From NCBI GenBank assembly GCA_038061335.1, contig JBBTZM010000005.1:1-34938 (forward strand): DNA of 34,938 bases. The letters run 5' to 3'. Below the pieces are notes generated by a model. That model was not told the origin of the DNA. It was given only the letters and a program-made list of their open reading frames with translations, and ran no database searches. Positions 14,230-22,196 of the stretch are shown one piece after another (within the stretch, counting starts at the first letter, position 1; each line of letters opens with the position of its first letter). The position numbers and the translations under genes were made by a program. This stretch comes from Patescibacteria group bacterium (GTDB lineage Bacteria > Patescibacteriota > Minisyncoccia > UBA6257 > GWB1-50-10).

Positions 14230-17106
14230 ATGGGAAGAATCGACAAGAACAATCTGTTTTGGACATATTACAAAAATCTGAACCCTGCCCAGAAAAAAGC
14301 GGTTGATACCATTGAGGGCCCGGTCATGGTGGTCGCGGGTCCGGGGACGGGAAAGACGAGCGTTCTCACGCTTCGCATCGCCAATATCTTACGGAACACC
14401 GACATCGAGCCGGAAAATATTCTCGCGCTTACGTTTACGGACGCGGCGGCTTCTAATATGCGGCGACGCCTCGCCGAAATTATCGGCTCTCCGGCTTACC
14501 GCGTCGGCATACAGACATTTCACGGGTTTTGCAACGACCTTATCCAATCCTATCCCGAGGAATTTCCGCACATCGCGGGGTCCAAGCCCGCAACCGAAGG
14601 CGACCAACTCCGTCTCCTCGAGTATCTCGTGAAACATGGCGCATACATTACCCTCCGCCCGTTTGGGGACCTCTTTTTTTACGTCCGCGACATCCTGGGC
14701 GCCATAAGCGCGCTAAAGCGCGAAGGCGTCTCCCCCGAAGAATTTGCCCAGGTCATAAAAAAGGAGAAAAAGGAATTCGCGTCCATTCCCGAGCCAAAGC
14801 ATATCAAGGGTCCGCACAAAGGCCGCATGAAGGGAGTGTATGTGGAAGAAGAAAAGCGCATAAAAAAACATGCGGAACTCGCGCGTCTCTACAGGGCCTA
14901 TGAGGAAGAATTGCGGAAAAAAAGAATGTATGACTGGAACGACATGATCATGGAGACCCTTCGTGTGGTTTCGAAAAATAAAAACTTCCTCCGCATCCTG
15001 CAGGAAACCCATCAGTACGTGCTGGTGGACGAGCATCAGGACACCAATAACGCCCAAAACAAGGTCCTGGAACTGCTGTTGAACTTTCATAAAAATCCGA
15101 ACGTGTTCGTGGTGGGGGACGAGCGGCAGGCAATCTTCCGCTTCCAGGGGGCTTCCCTGGAAAACTTTTTGTATTTCAAAAAATGCTACCCTGGGGCAAA
15201 ACTCATCGTCTTGAAGGAAAACTACCGGTCCGAAGAAACAATCCTGAAAGCCGCGGGAAGCATTCTCCCCGGGAGTCCCCTTCAGGCCGCGAAAAAATCA
15301 CGCGCCGCGGAAAAAATAATTATCTATTCCTCGGAAAATGAAGAAACCGAAGCCGCGCTTGTGGCCCGCCTCGCAAGCGAAGACGTAAAAAAAGGCATAC
15401 AAGGCGAGGAAATAGCGATTCTTTGCAGGGAAAACAAGGATGCGGAAAAATATTCCCGCGCCCTTCAAAGAAAGGGAGTGCCCCACGGAATCGAATCCGA
15501 AAAAAACGTGCTGGAAGAAGACGTTGTCCGTGCCTTTATTCTCCTTCTTCGGGCAGTCGAGCGTCTGGGGAATGACGAACTCCTTGCCGAGGCCCTGCAT
15601 ATTCCCTGCCTTGAAGTCGAACCCCTTACTATATGGAAAATGGCAGAGGAGGCAAGAAGGGAAAAGAAACGGCTCTACGACGTGGTAAAAGAACGGGACC
15701 CGAAAACATATTCCCGCTTTTCCGCGTGGAAAACAAAGAGCAGATTCAAAACCCTGCCCGTGTTTTTGGAGGAAGCGCTTGAGGAATCCGGCCTGCTTTG
15801 GGAAGCGTTGAAAGAGGGAAGTTCGGAAAGCGTCGCGGCGCTCCGCGCGTTTTTTGAGGAGATAAAAAAGTTTCTTGAGGCCCGAAAAAAGGCAACGCTG
15901 AAGGACTTTCTCTCGCACCTCGAAACCCTGGAGCGGCACAACGTGGCAATAAAAAGAAAAAGAAAAAAGAGGCCCGGATGCGTCCGCGTTATGACCGCGC
16001 ACGGCGCCAAAGGCCTTGAATTCGATTCTGTCTATATCGTAGGAGCGTATGACGGCCACTGGGGAGGAAGGAAACAAAGGAATCGCCTGCCACTCCCTAA
16101 AGAAGCGGAAGAGGAGGACGGCGACGAAAGGCGGTTGTTTTACGTAGCCCTGACTCGAGCGAGAAAAAAAGCGAGCATAACCTATTCCAAAGAAAGCGCC
16201 TCCGGAAGAACCCTTCTCCCCAGCCGGTTTGTAAAAGAAATAGACGAGGCGGTGCGGGAGGAACAAGAAGACGCGGAAGGAGAGAAAGAAACCGGAGCAG
16301 GGATCTTCGCGGGGAAAAAGAAGACGGCGGAAAAAAAAGAAAAATCGTATTTGCGGGAGTTGTTTTACAAAGAGGGGCTTTCCGTAACCGCGCTCAATAA
16401 TTACATAAAATGTCCGTGGAGATATTTTTATTTGAACCTTGTGCGCGTGCCGAAGTTGCCCGAACCGCACCAGACCTATGGCATCGCGGTACACGCGGCC
16501 CTTCGGGATTTTTTTGAAAAACTGAAGCATGAGGAAGAAGGAACGGACTTTCTCGTGCGTCGCTTCACCGACCACTTGCGCCGCGCGCCCTTTCTGGAAA
16601 TTTTCGAAGCATGGGAAAAGCGCGGAAAGGAGGCCCTGCGGGGATACGGAGAGAAATACAAGGGCCATTGGAATACGAACGTGTTGACCGAGGTCGGAAT
16701 AAAGGGGATAGAAATCGCGAAAAACCTCACGATTCGGGGCAAGATAGATAAGATTGAGTTTTTGGGGAGCGCGGGGAGAGTAGCGGTTGTGGATTACAAA
16801 ACAGGGAAGCCAAAATCGCGCAAAGACGAAAATCTCGCGCGCCAGCTCGCGTTCTACGGCTTGCTCCTTCAAGAGTACAAAAATGGAAAGTATGCGATGG
16901 AAAAGGGAGTCCTGGACTTTGTGGAACCGAATGAACGGGGTATCTGGAAGCGCGAAGAATTTGAAATAGAGGAAACACAGAAAAAAGAACTGGTGGAACT
17001 CTTGAAAAAAACCGCGGACGAGATATTACATATGAAATTTTGGGATACGCGCTGTGAAGACAAGACCTGCAAATACTGCCGCCTCCGAAATTTTTTGGAA
17101 CAATAA
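14230..17106 (+). CDS. UvrD/PcrA-type helicase fused to a PD-(D/E)XK (Cas4/AddB-like, Cys-cluster) nuclease
   Basis: AGPGTGKTS, VLVDEHQDTN, VMTAHGAKGLEFDSVYIV. C-terminal CPWRYFY...IDKIEF...VVDYKTGK...CEDKTCKYC. TATAGT at 14218-14223 sits 6 nt before the ATG. Confidence 0.85.
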   Translation: MGRIDKNNLFWTYYKNLNPAQKKAVDTIEGPVMVVAGPGTGKTSVLTLRIANILRNTDIEPENILALTFTDAAASNMRRRLAEIIGSPAYRVGIQTFHGFCNDLIQSYPEEFPHIAGSKPATEGDQLRLLEYLVKHGAYITLRPFGDLFFYVRDILGAISALKREGVSPEEFAQVIKKEKKEFASIPEPKHIKGPHKGRMKGVYVEEEKRIKKHAELARLYRAYEEELRKKRMYDWNDMIMETLRVVSKNKNFLRILQETHQYVLVDEHQDTNNAQNKVLELLLNFHKNPNVFVVGDERQAIFRFQGASLENFLYFKKCYPGAKLIVLKENYRSEETILKAAGSILPGSPLQAAKKSRAAEKIIIYSSENEETEAALVARLASEDVKKGIQGEEIAILCRENKDAEKYSRALQRKGVPHGIESEKNVLEEDVVRAFILLLRAVERLGNDELLAEALHIPCLEVEPLTIWKMAEEARREKKRLYDVVKERDPKTYSRFSAWKTKSRFKTLPVFLEEALEESGLLWEALKEGSSESVAALRAFFEEIKKFLEARKKATLKDFLSHLETLERHNVAIKRKRKKRPGCVRVMTAHGAKGLEFDSVYIVGAYDGHWGGRKQRNRLPLPKEAEEEDGDERRLFYVALTRARKKASITYSKESASGRTLLPSRFVKEIDEAVREEQEDAEGEKETGAGIFAGKKKTAEKKEKSYLRELFYKEGLSVTALNNYIKCPWRYFYLNLVRVPKLPEPHQTYGIAVHAALRDFFEKLKHEEEGTDFLVRRFTDHLRRAPFLEIFEAWEKRGKEALRGYGEKYKGHWNTNVLTEVGIKGIEIAKNLTIRGKIDKIEFLGSAGRVAVVDYKTGKPKSRKDENLARQLAFYGLLLQEYKNGKYAMEKGVLDFVEPNERGIWKREEFEIEETQKKELVELLKKTADEILHMKFWDTRCEDKTCKYCRLRNFLEQ

Positions 17107-17116
17107 TTTTTGACAT

Positions 17117-17773
17117 ATGCCGGAAGAAAGAAAAGAGCGAGCAAAAAAATTGATTGCGGTCTTGAAAAAATTATTTCCCAACGCGGGCATGATTTTGAAT
17201 TATGGAAATCCCTGGGAACTTTTGGTCGCGGTGGAACTTTCGGCCCAGTGTACCGACAAGCGGGTGAATATGGTAACCGAGGCGCTCTTCAAAAAATACA
17301 AAACCCTTGACGACTACGTCCGTGCGCGGCCGAACAAGTTTGAAAAAGATATTTATTCCACCGGATTCTACAAAAACAAAACAAAAAATATCCTCGCCGC
17401 CGCAAAAATGGTGAAAGAAAAATTTTATGGCAACATCCCGAAAACTATGGAGGAGATGCTTCAAATCCCCGGAGTTGCCCGAAAAACCGCGAATGTGGTT
17501 TTAGGAAATGCGTATGGCATCGTGGAGGGCGTCGCCGTGGACACTCATGTCCGCAGGTTTGCCCTGAAGTTTGGGCTCACCAATCACAAAGAGCCGAAAA
17601 AAATCGAAAAAGACCTTATGGAAATTATTTCCAAGCGCGACTGGTTTCGCTTTACCTACCTCGCTATCGAATATGGTAGGCACATATGTCCGGCCCGGAA
17701 GCATGAGTGCGTGAACCACCCGCTCTCGAAAATCTACCCAAGGGCCGCGCGCACTTGGCCAAAAGCAAAGTAG
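17117..17773 (+). CDS. nth: endonuclease III (HhH-GPD DNA glycosylase)
   Basis: LLVAVELSAQCTDKRVN, HhH motif LQIPGVARKTANVVLG, and VDTHVRR. Confidence 0.9.
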   Translation: MPEERKERAKKLIAVLKKLFPNAGMILNYGNPWELLVAVELSAQCTDKRVNMVTEALFKKYKTLDDYVRARPNKFEKDIYSTGFYKNKTKNILAAAKMVKEKFYGNIPKTMEEMLQIPGVARKTANVVLGNAYGIVEGVAVDTHVRRFALKFGLTNHKEPKKIEKDLMEIISKRDWFRFTYLAIEYGRHICPARKHECVNHPLSKIYPRAARTWPKAK

Positions 17774-17774
17774 T

Positions 17775-18392
17775 ATGTATGACAGAATAATACGCTCCAA
17801 GCGCAAAACTCTTGGATTGGAAGTAAGAGAGAACGCCGAAGTAATTCTGCGCCTGCCGTGGAGAGCGCGAGAAAGCGACATAAAGCGTTTTTTGCGAAAA
17901 AACGCGGAGTGGCTCGAACGCGCGAAAAAGAAAATATTGGAACGGCAAAAAAACATTCCAGAATTGGAATTCCGCAAAGAGGCGTATGTTCCCTATCTCG
18001 GAGCATCCTATCCATTGAAGTGTTTGCTTCACGAGAAGAAAGAGGGGAAGGAGGCATTTGTGGCGTGGCTGAAAAAAGAAGCAAAAAGAATATGCGAAAG
18101 CCGGGTCGCGCTTTACGCGGGAAAAGCAGAAGTAGAGTGTACGGGAGTACGTATTTCAAGCGCGAAAAAAAGATGGGGCTCGTGCGCTTCTCCCGGAAGA
18201 TTATGTTTTGCCTATCGCCTTGTTCTTGCTCCGCTTTGGGTGTTGGATTATGTCGTGGCGCACGAGGTGTCGCACCTTCTCCACAAAAATCACGGCAAGC
18301 GTTTCTGGAAAAAAGTGGAAGTCCTTTATCCGAAGTATAAAAACGCGAGGACATGGCTACACACCCATGGTCACCTATTGAATGTAGTATAA
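17775..18392 (+). CDS. DUF45/YgjP-like (M48-family) metallopeptidase
   Basis: VVAHEVSHLLHKNHGKRFW zinc motif near the C-terminus. Confidence 0.75.
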   Translation: MYDRIIRSKRKTLGLEVRENAEVILRLPWRARESDIKRFLRKNAEWLERAKKKILERQKNIPELEFRKEAYVPYLGASYPLKCLLHEKKEGKEAFVAWLKKEAKRICESRVALYAGKAEVECTGVRISSAKKRWGSCASPGRLCFAYRLVLAPLWVLDYVVAHEVSHLLHKNHGKRFWKKVEVLYPKYKNARTWLHTHGHLLNVV

Positions 18393-18420
18393 TATTCGAA
18401 AAGGTCGGAGAAATTGTTTT

Positions 18421-18852
18421 TTGTTTTCTATGTTGGACTTCACCATAAATTATTTTTGGGTTGTTATTCTCTCGGTCCTTGCTATGGGTGTTGGCGCGCT
18501 TTGGTATTCCCCGGTTATGTTTGGGAATCTTGTTATGAAACTTTCCGGCATGGATGCCATGCCTCCGGAAAAAATTGCGCAGATGAAGAAAAAAGCGACA
18601 AAAGGATATGTTGTGGGATTCGTGGGGACGCTCATCATGTTTGCGGCGTTTGATATGTTCCTTACCTCGATTCAGGCAAGTTCCCTGCTCGAGGGCGCGA
18701 TTGCGGGTTTGGTGCTTGTGTTTGGATTTATCGGAGTCGCGACCTTGAATCATGTCCTTTGGGGAAATGACTCGCCGAAACTCTGGCTCCTGAACCTCGC
18801 GCACTATGTTGTCATTCTTACGGTCGTAGGGGCCGTGTTTGCGGTCGTATAA
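18421..18852 (+). CDS. DUF1761 family membrane protein
   Basis: Four hydrophobic segments and an N-terminal GALWYSPVMFGN motif that I recall as DUF1761-typical. Confidence 0.6.
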   Translation: MFSMLDFTINYFWVVILSVLAMGVGALWYSPVMFGNLVMKLSGMDAMPPEKIAQMKKKATKGYVVGFVGTLIMFAAFDMFLTSIQASSLLEGAIAGLVLVFGFIGVATLNHVLWGNDSPKLWLLNLAHYVVILTVVGAVFAVV

Positions 18853-18906
18853 TTCTAGACCTCACATTCTTGATTCTTTGGGCGTAATTTTCTATCATTA
18901 TTGCTC

Positions 18907-19827
18907 ATGAATCTAACGAAATTAAAAATAGCGCTCGCGTTTGGAGTCGCGGTCGCGCTTGTAATTGGAGGAGTGGCGCTTCTTGGTACCCGAAACGCAG
19001 GCGTTTTGGAGGGGCCTCCCGAAGCGACAGAAGGGAGTGTGCCAGAGAAAAAGGAAGAACCTAATGCGACAAGCGTTATTCCGAGCGTCTCAAAACAGGC
19101 GCCCGCCCCCGCAAAAGAAGTAATAGAGAATGAGGCGGCTCAAAAAACAAGGGCGCTTATTGCGCGCGCAAAAGAATTTTTGAAGGATGACCCCGGGAGG
19201 GAGGTTTTTCTCTGCTCGGCAGACCCCTGCAAAATTTCCACGCAGCGATTTGAAACAAAAGCAGACGGGTATCATCTGGATTGTGGGGGATTAACGCTCG
19301 CTCCGCAGGAAGGCGTCAGGGTCGGAATTTCCATTGCGGCCGATGGCATCATCATAGAAAACTGCGGCTTTCAGGAGTTTGATACCGCGATAGAAATAGA
19401 AGGGGCGGGCGCGGTGATTGTAAAAAATACTATTACAGGAAGCGCGGGGAATGGCATAGTGCTTACGGGACAAAAGGCCCTGCTCTTCGAGAACACGATT
19501 GAAGGCAATAGGGGAGCCGGAATTTTTGTGGCGCGAGAATCCAATGAGCACGCGATTGTGGATAACGTATTGCGGAACAATGGAACAGAGGGCCTGCATA
19601 TTCTCGGCGCGGGCGCCCTCACGGTTATTGATAATCTCATAACCGGAAATAAAAGCGAAGGCGTTTGGCTCTCCGGTAACGCGCGCGAAAATCTCCTCTT
19701 CGAAAACATAATCGAGGAAAATGGGGGAGAATGCGGGGTATTCTTGGGCACAACAGGAAATGAAAGTCCTGTGGGGAATACAATGATAGATAATACCACC
19801 GACAAAAAAGAGGTGTGGTGTACATAG
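18907..19827 (+). CDS. membrane-anchored right-handed beta-helix repeat protein
   Basis: ATG at 18907 (the ORF-track start at 18901 is TTG). TM anchor, then repeated about 22-aa units (NTITGSAGNGIVL, NTIEGNRGAGIFV, NVLRNNGTEGLHI, NLITGNKSEGVWL, NIIEENGGECGVF). Confidence 0.65.
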   Translation: MNLTKLKIALAFGVAVALVIGGVALLGTRNAGVLEGPPEATEGSVPEKKEEPNATSVIPSVSKQAPAPAKEVIENEAAQKTRALIARAKEFLKDDPGREVFLCSADPCKISTQRFETKADGYHLDCGGLTLAPQEGVRVGISIAADGIIIENCGFQEFDTAIEIEGAGAVIVKNTITGSAGNGIVLTGQKALLFENTIEGNRGAGIFVARESNEHAIVDNVLRNNGTEGLHILGAGALTVIDNLITGNKSEGVWLSGNARENLLFENIIEENGGECGVFLGTTGNESPVGNTMIDNTTDKKEVWCT

Positions 19828-19841
19828 GGTAAAAGATAGGA

Positions 19842-19874
19842 GCAAAAAAGAGGGCTTGGAGCCCTCTTTTTTGC
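19842..19874 (+). terminator. intrinsic terminator
   Basis: gcaaaaaagagggct-tgg-agccctcttttttgc, with a T-run. Confidence 0.75.
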
Positions 19875-19925
19875 TCTTGTGGCGTTTGTGGTATACTTGA
19901 TATATAAATTTGTACTACACTTTTT

Positions 19926-20357
19926 ATGAAAACCTCAAACTTACTACTCATTCTCGGCATCGGCGGACTCGTCATCATTGGCGTAGCGCTCTTTTTTCGC
20001 GGAGAGCGTCCGGAGTTGCCGGCAGTCGCGGCGCCGGAAGTAAAAATTGTGGTTTTGAAGCAGGGGGAGGGGGATACGGGCGTGGAAAACGGAGACGCCG
20101 TTGTAGTGAATTATGAAGGGCGGTTCGAGGACGGCAAGGTCTTTGACTCGTCCTATGATCGCGGACAGCCCTTTGGCTTTACCGTTGGTCTCCGACAGGT
20201 CATCGAGGGTTGGGACAAGGGTTTGCTTGGCATGAAAATAGGGGAAAAGAGGCAACTCACCATTCCTTCGGAGTTCGCCTATGGTGAAACCGGCCAAGGT
20301 CCGATTCCTCCGAATACGACCCTCATTTTTGACGTGGAACTCCTGAAAATAAATTAA
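19926..20357 (+). CDS. FKBP-type peptidyl-prolyl cis-trans isomerase (membrane-anchored)
   Basis: VVVNYEGRFEDGKVFDSSYDRGQPFGFTVGLRQVIEGWDKGLLGMKIGEKRQLTIPSEFAYG. TGGTATACT promoter at 19889-19897. Confidence 0.9.
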   Translation: MKTSNLLLILGIGGLVIIGVALFFRGERPELPAVAAPEVKIVVLKQGEGDTGVENGDAVVVNYEGRFEDGKVFDSSYDRGQPFGFTVGLRQVIEGWDKGLLGMKIGEKRQLTIPSEFAYGETGQGPIPPNTTLIFDVELLKIN

Positions 20358-20725
20358 GTTGTGGAAACCCCCAGCGGATTTTTCGGGCGGCGGGGCCTCA
20401 AATACTCTTTGATTCGTTCACGATCCTCGTTTTCCTTATCGCCCTTGAAATAGAGCTCTATAAATTCAATTCGTTGTTCTTGCTCAACATACGAATATAT
20501 GACTCGCAGAAGATGATTATTTCGCAGGGCGCGGCATGCCAAGTGTGCTTTTACAATTTTGATTGTTACCAAAGAGGAAATAATAATGAAATTTTTACCA
20601 ATGCCGGTTGGAGCAGTGAAAAGAACTCTTTTGAACTTTTCGAAGTCATCGCCAAGTGTCTTATATTTTTTAGAAAGCCGTTTGAATTCTTTTTGAAATT
20701 CTGGCAGTTCACTAAAGTTCGTCAT
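20354..20725 (-). CDS. putative RelE/ParE-superfamily-like toxin
   Basis: Small basic protein directly downstream of, and overlapping by 14 nt, a DUF4065 antitoxin gene. RVIYSYVEQEQRIEFIELYFKGDKENED resembles the RelE/HigB C-terminal core. The family call is tentative. Confidence 0.5.
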   Translation of the reverse strand: MTNFSELPEFQKEFKRLSKKYKTLGDDFEKFKRVLFTAPTGIGKNFIIISSLVTIKIVKAHLACRALRNNHLLRVIYSYVEQEQRIEFIELYFKGDKENEDRERIKEYLRPRRPKNPLGVSTT

Positions 20726-21503
20726 ACTCTCTTACGGAAGTTTTCTCTGGACGATAAAAAACGTGCTCGTATTCAAGAGGTTCCCTGTCTTTTGCGGCAA
20801 CCCAAGGAGTATCTAAATGTGACAACGCCGAAATTTGTGTCGCGGTCAGATCTCCCAATCGGTCAATTTCCCAGTCAATATGCGCAAGTTCTTGCGCGGA
20901 AAGAGCCGATAAATCAAGCGGCTCATTCGGATTAACAAGATACTTTGTTTGGTCGTGCTTATAGAATTTACTTTTTATCTTTTCAACTTTTGCATCTCTT
21001 TCCATCTGGTTTATGATTTTTGCGAACATGACCGGCGTAGGGCCGTAGTGATTCTTTATATATTTGGCGCCGATAAGCTGCTTTTCAAATTTTTCGTAGT
21101 AATCAAAGTCAATAAAATAAAGTAACTTATAAAGCACAGTTTGTCCGATATTCGGTTTGCCGCCTATCTTCGCCAAAATATAAAGGAGCGTTTGTTCAAA
21201 TTTTTCTGCTTTCTCTTGTGGGACGCTGATGCGAATTTCGCCCTTGGCTTCTTGTTTCTGTTTCTTTTTACCCTCAATCTTAACGACCGTTTTCGTATCT
21301 TCTTTGCCCTCTAAAAAATTTTCAAAAGGAATATCAAAAACCTCCGCTAACTTTTTGGCTTCGGTGATGGTTAAATCTCGTTTCCCCTGTTCTATCTGCA
21401 TATAGGTAGGGCGAGACATTTTAAGTGCGGACGCCAAAAACTCCTGCGTCAAATTGCGCTTTTTTCGTTGTTCTTGAATGAATTTTGCAAGATAATTAAC
21501 CAT
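20712..21503 (-). CDS. XRE-family HTH fused to a DUF4065 (SocA/Panacea) antitoxin domain
   Basis: N-terminal RKKRNLTQEFLASALKMSRPTYMQIEQGKRDLTITEAKKLAEVFDI. DUF4065-like QTVLYKLLYFIDFDYYEKFEKQLIGAKYIKNHYGPTP. Confidence 0.75.
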   Translation of the reverse strand: MVNYLAKFIQEQRKKRNLTQEFLASALKMSRPTYMQIEQGKRDLTITEAKKLAEVFDIPFENFLEGKEDTKTVVKIEGKKKQKQEAKGEIRISVPQEKAEKFEQTLLYILAKIGGKPNIGQTVLYKLLYFIDFDYYEKFEKQLIGAKYIKNHYGPTPVMFAKIINQMERDAKVEKIKSKFYKHDQTKYLVNPNEPLDLSALSAQELAHIDWEIDRLGDLTATQISALSHLDTPWVAAKDREPLEYEHVFYRPEKTSVREYDEL

Positions 21504-21511
21504 ATATTGTC

Positions 21512-21547
21512 AGTATGGGCGACGCAGGATTACTTGTCAATAGTAAT
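21512..21547 (-). promoter_or_regulatory. toxin-antitoxin promoter with an overlapping inverted-repeat operator
   Basis: Minus strand reads TTGACA (21535-21540), a 17-nt spacer, then CATACT (21512-21517), 8 nt before the ATG. The attact-N7-agtaat inverted repeat (21529-21547) brackets the -35. Confidence 0.55.
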
Positions 21548-21559
21548 GTAAAGAAGTTA

Positions 21560-21815
21560 TACATAGTCGCCTATGCGCAGGGCGCGCCCGTTTCATCGTG
21601 CCCCGCACGCGCTCGGGTTCCGATTCCCTGCTTGCCGCGTATTCTGAATTTAGCGCGAACCCATTTTGAGCGAAATTGCTGACGCAATTTCGGAGAAAAT
21701 GATTTCGAGCCGTACTGTAAAGATATAACCACGAAACAAGTCCAAAAGGACTTGTTTCGTGGTTCATGTCGGGCTGCCGGCCTGCCTGCCGGCAGGCAGG
21801 GAATCGAACCCGGTC
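21560..21815. other. GC-rich structured spacer with inverted tRNA T-arm-like repeats and several perfect hairpins
   Basis: cgggttccgattccctgcttgccg (21614-21637, plus strand) matches cgggttcgattccctgcctgccg (reverse complement of 21790-21812). Hairpins at 21671-21692 (9 bp) and 21727-21764 (17 bp). Perfect 20-nt palindrome at 21781-21800. Confidence 0.6.
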
Positions 21816-21840
21816 TATCCCGCCCACAATTATGATAAAG

Positions 21841-21911
21841 TCGGGGTAGGCGGAATCGAACCGCCACTACATACACCCCATGCATGCGTACTACCACTAT
21901 ACTATACCCCG
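21841..21911 (-). tRNA. tRNA-Pro (anticodon GGG)
   Basis: Hand-folded from the reverse complement: acceptor cggggta/taccccg, D arm gtat-agtggta-gtac, anticodon stem catgc/gtatg with loop atGGGgt, T arm ggcgg-ttcgatt-ccgcc, discriminator a. No encoded CCA. Confidence 0.9.
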
Positions 21912-21985
21912 TTTTTGTGTAACTCTTGAAGTATATCCTAGGTCGCGGTCGTGCGCAATCAAAGTGAAAATAACAAGATACACAT

Positions 21986-22023
21986 GTCCTCAAACTATCC
22001 ACATATGCAGTTAGTTTGAGGAC
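21986..22023 (-). repeat. 38-nt hairpin element, copy 2 (inverted relative to copy 1)
   Basis: gtcctcaaactatccacatatgcagttagtttgaggac. The reverse complement matches 9503-9540 at 36 of 38 positions. Confidence 0.85.
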
Positions 22024-22104
22024 GCAAAAGTTGTCCACAGGAGGGCCTATTTACATTTGTGGTAGTTGTGTATAATAGAGATACACAATATAAGATACAA
22101 ATAT

Positions 22105-22190
22105 ACAAATGGTACGAATGATACTAATGATACGAATAAAATTCATTTGTATTATTCGTATCATTAATACAATTCGTATATTGGTATCAT
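22105..22190. repeat. long imperfect inverted repeat of 'tacgaat/attcgta' words upstream of lexA
   Basis: Left arm caaatggtacgaatgatactaatgatacgaataa, right arm ttattcgtatcattaatacaattcgtatattggtatcat. 22149-22193 is nearly identical to 26500-26544. Confidence 0.8.
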
Positions 22191-22196
22191 AGCAAT

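Noticed and set aside
15298-16872. Long antisense ORFs opposite conserved genes (also 627-1247, 1272-2207, 10782-11420, 17734-18804, 29534-30556, 31288-31962, 34210-34797)
   Set aside because: Each lies fully within a plus-strand gene that has strong family motifs. Their translations are Arg/Phe/Leu-rich with no recognisable domains. They are typical shadow ORFs.
21790-21840. A second tRNA gene next to tRNA-Pro
   Set aside because: Only a T-arm-like segment (with a C-U mismatch) and a 3' acceptor-like strand are present. I could not find a 5' acceptor strand, D arm or anticodon arm. I treat it as a tRNA-like fragment.
21537-22038. Minus-strand ORFs 21537..21827 and 21571..22038
   Set aside because: They run through tRNA-Pro, the palindromes and the tRNA-like repeats. 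Their composition reflects structured GC-rich RNA or DNA, not coding sequence.
21986-22045. DnaA boxes / oriC (ctatccaca at about 21996-22004, ttgtccaca at about 22031-22039)
   Set aside because: There are only two or three imperfect 9-mers, one of them inside a hairpin repeat that also occurs at 9503-9540. There is no dnaA or dnaN nearby and no clear AT-rich unwinding element. This is insufficient evidence for an origin.
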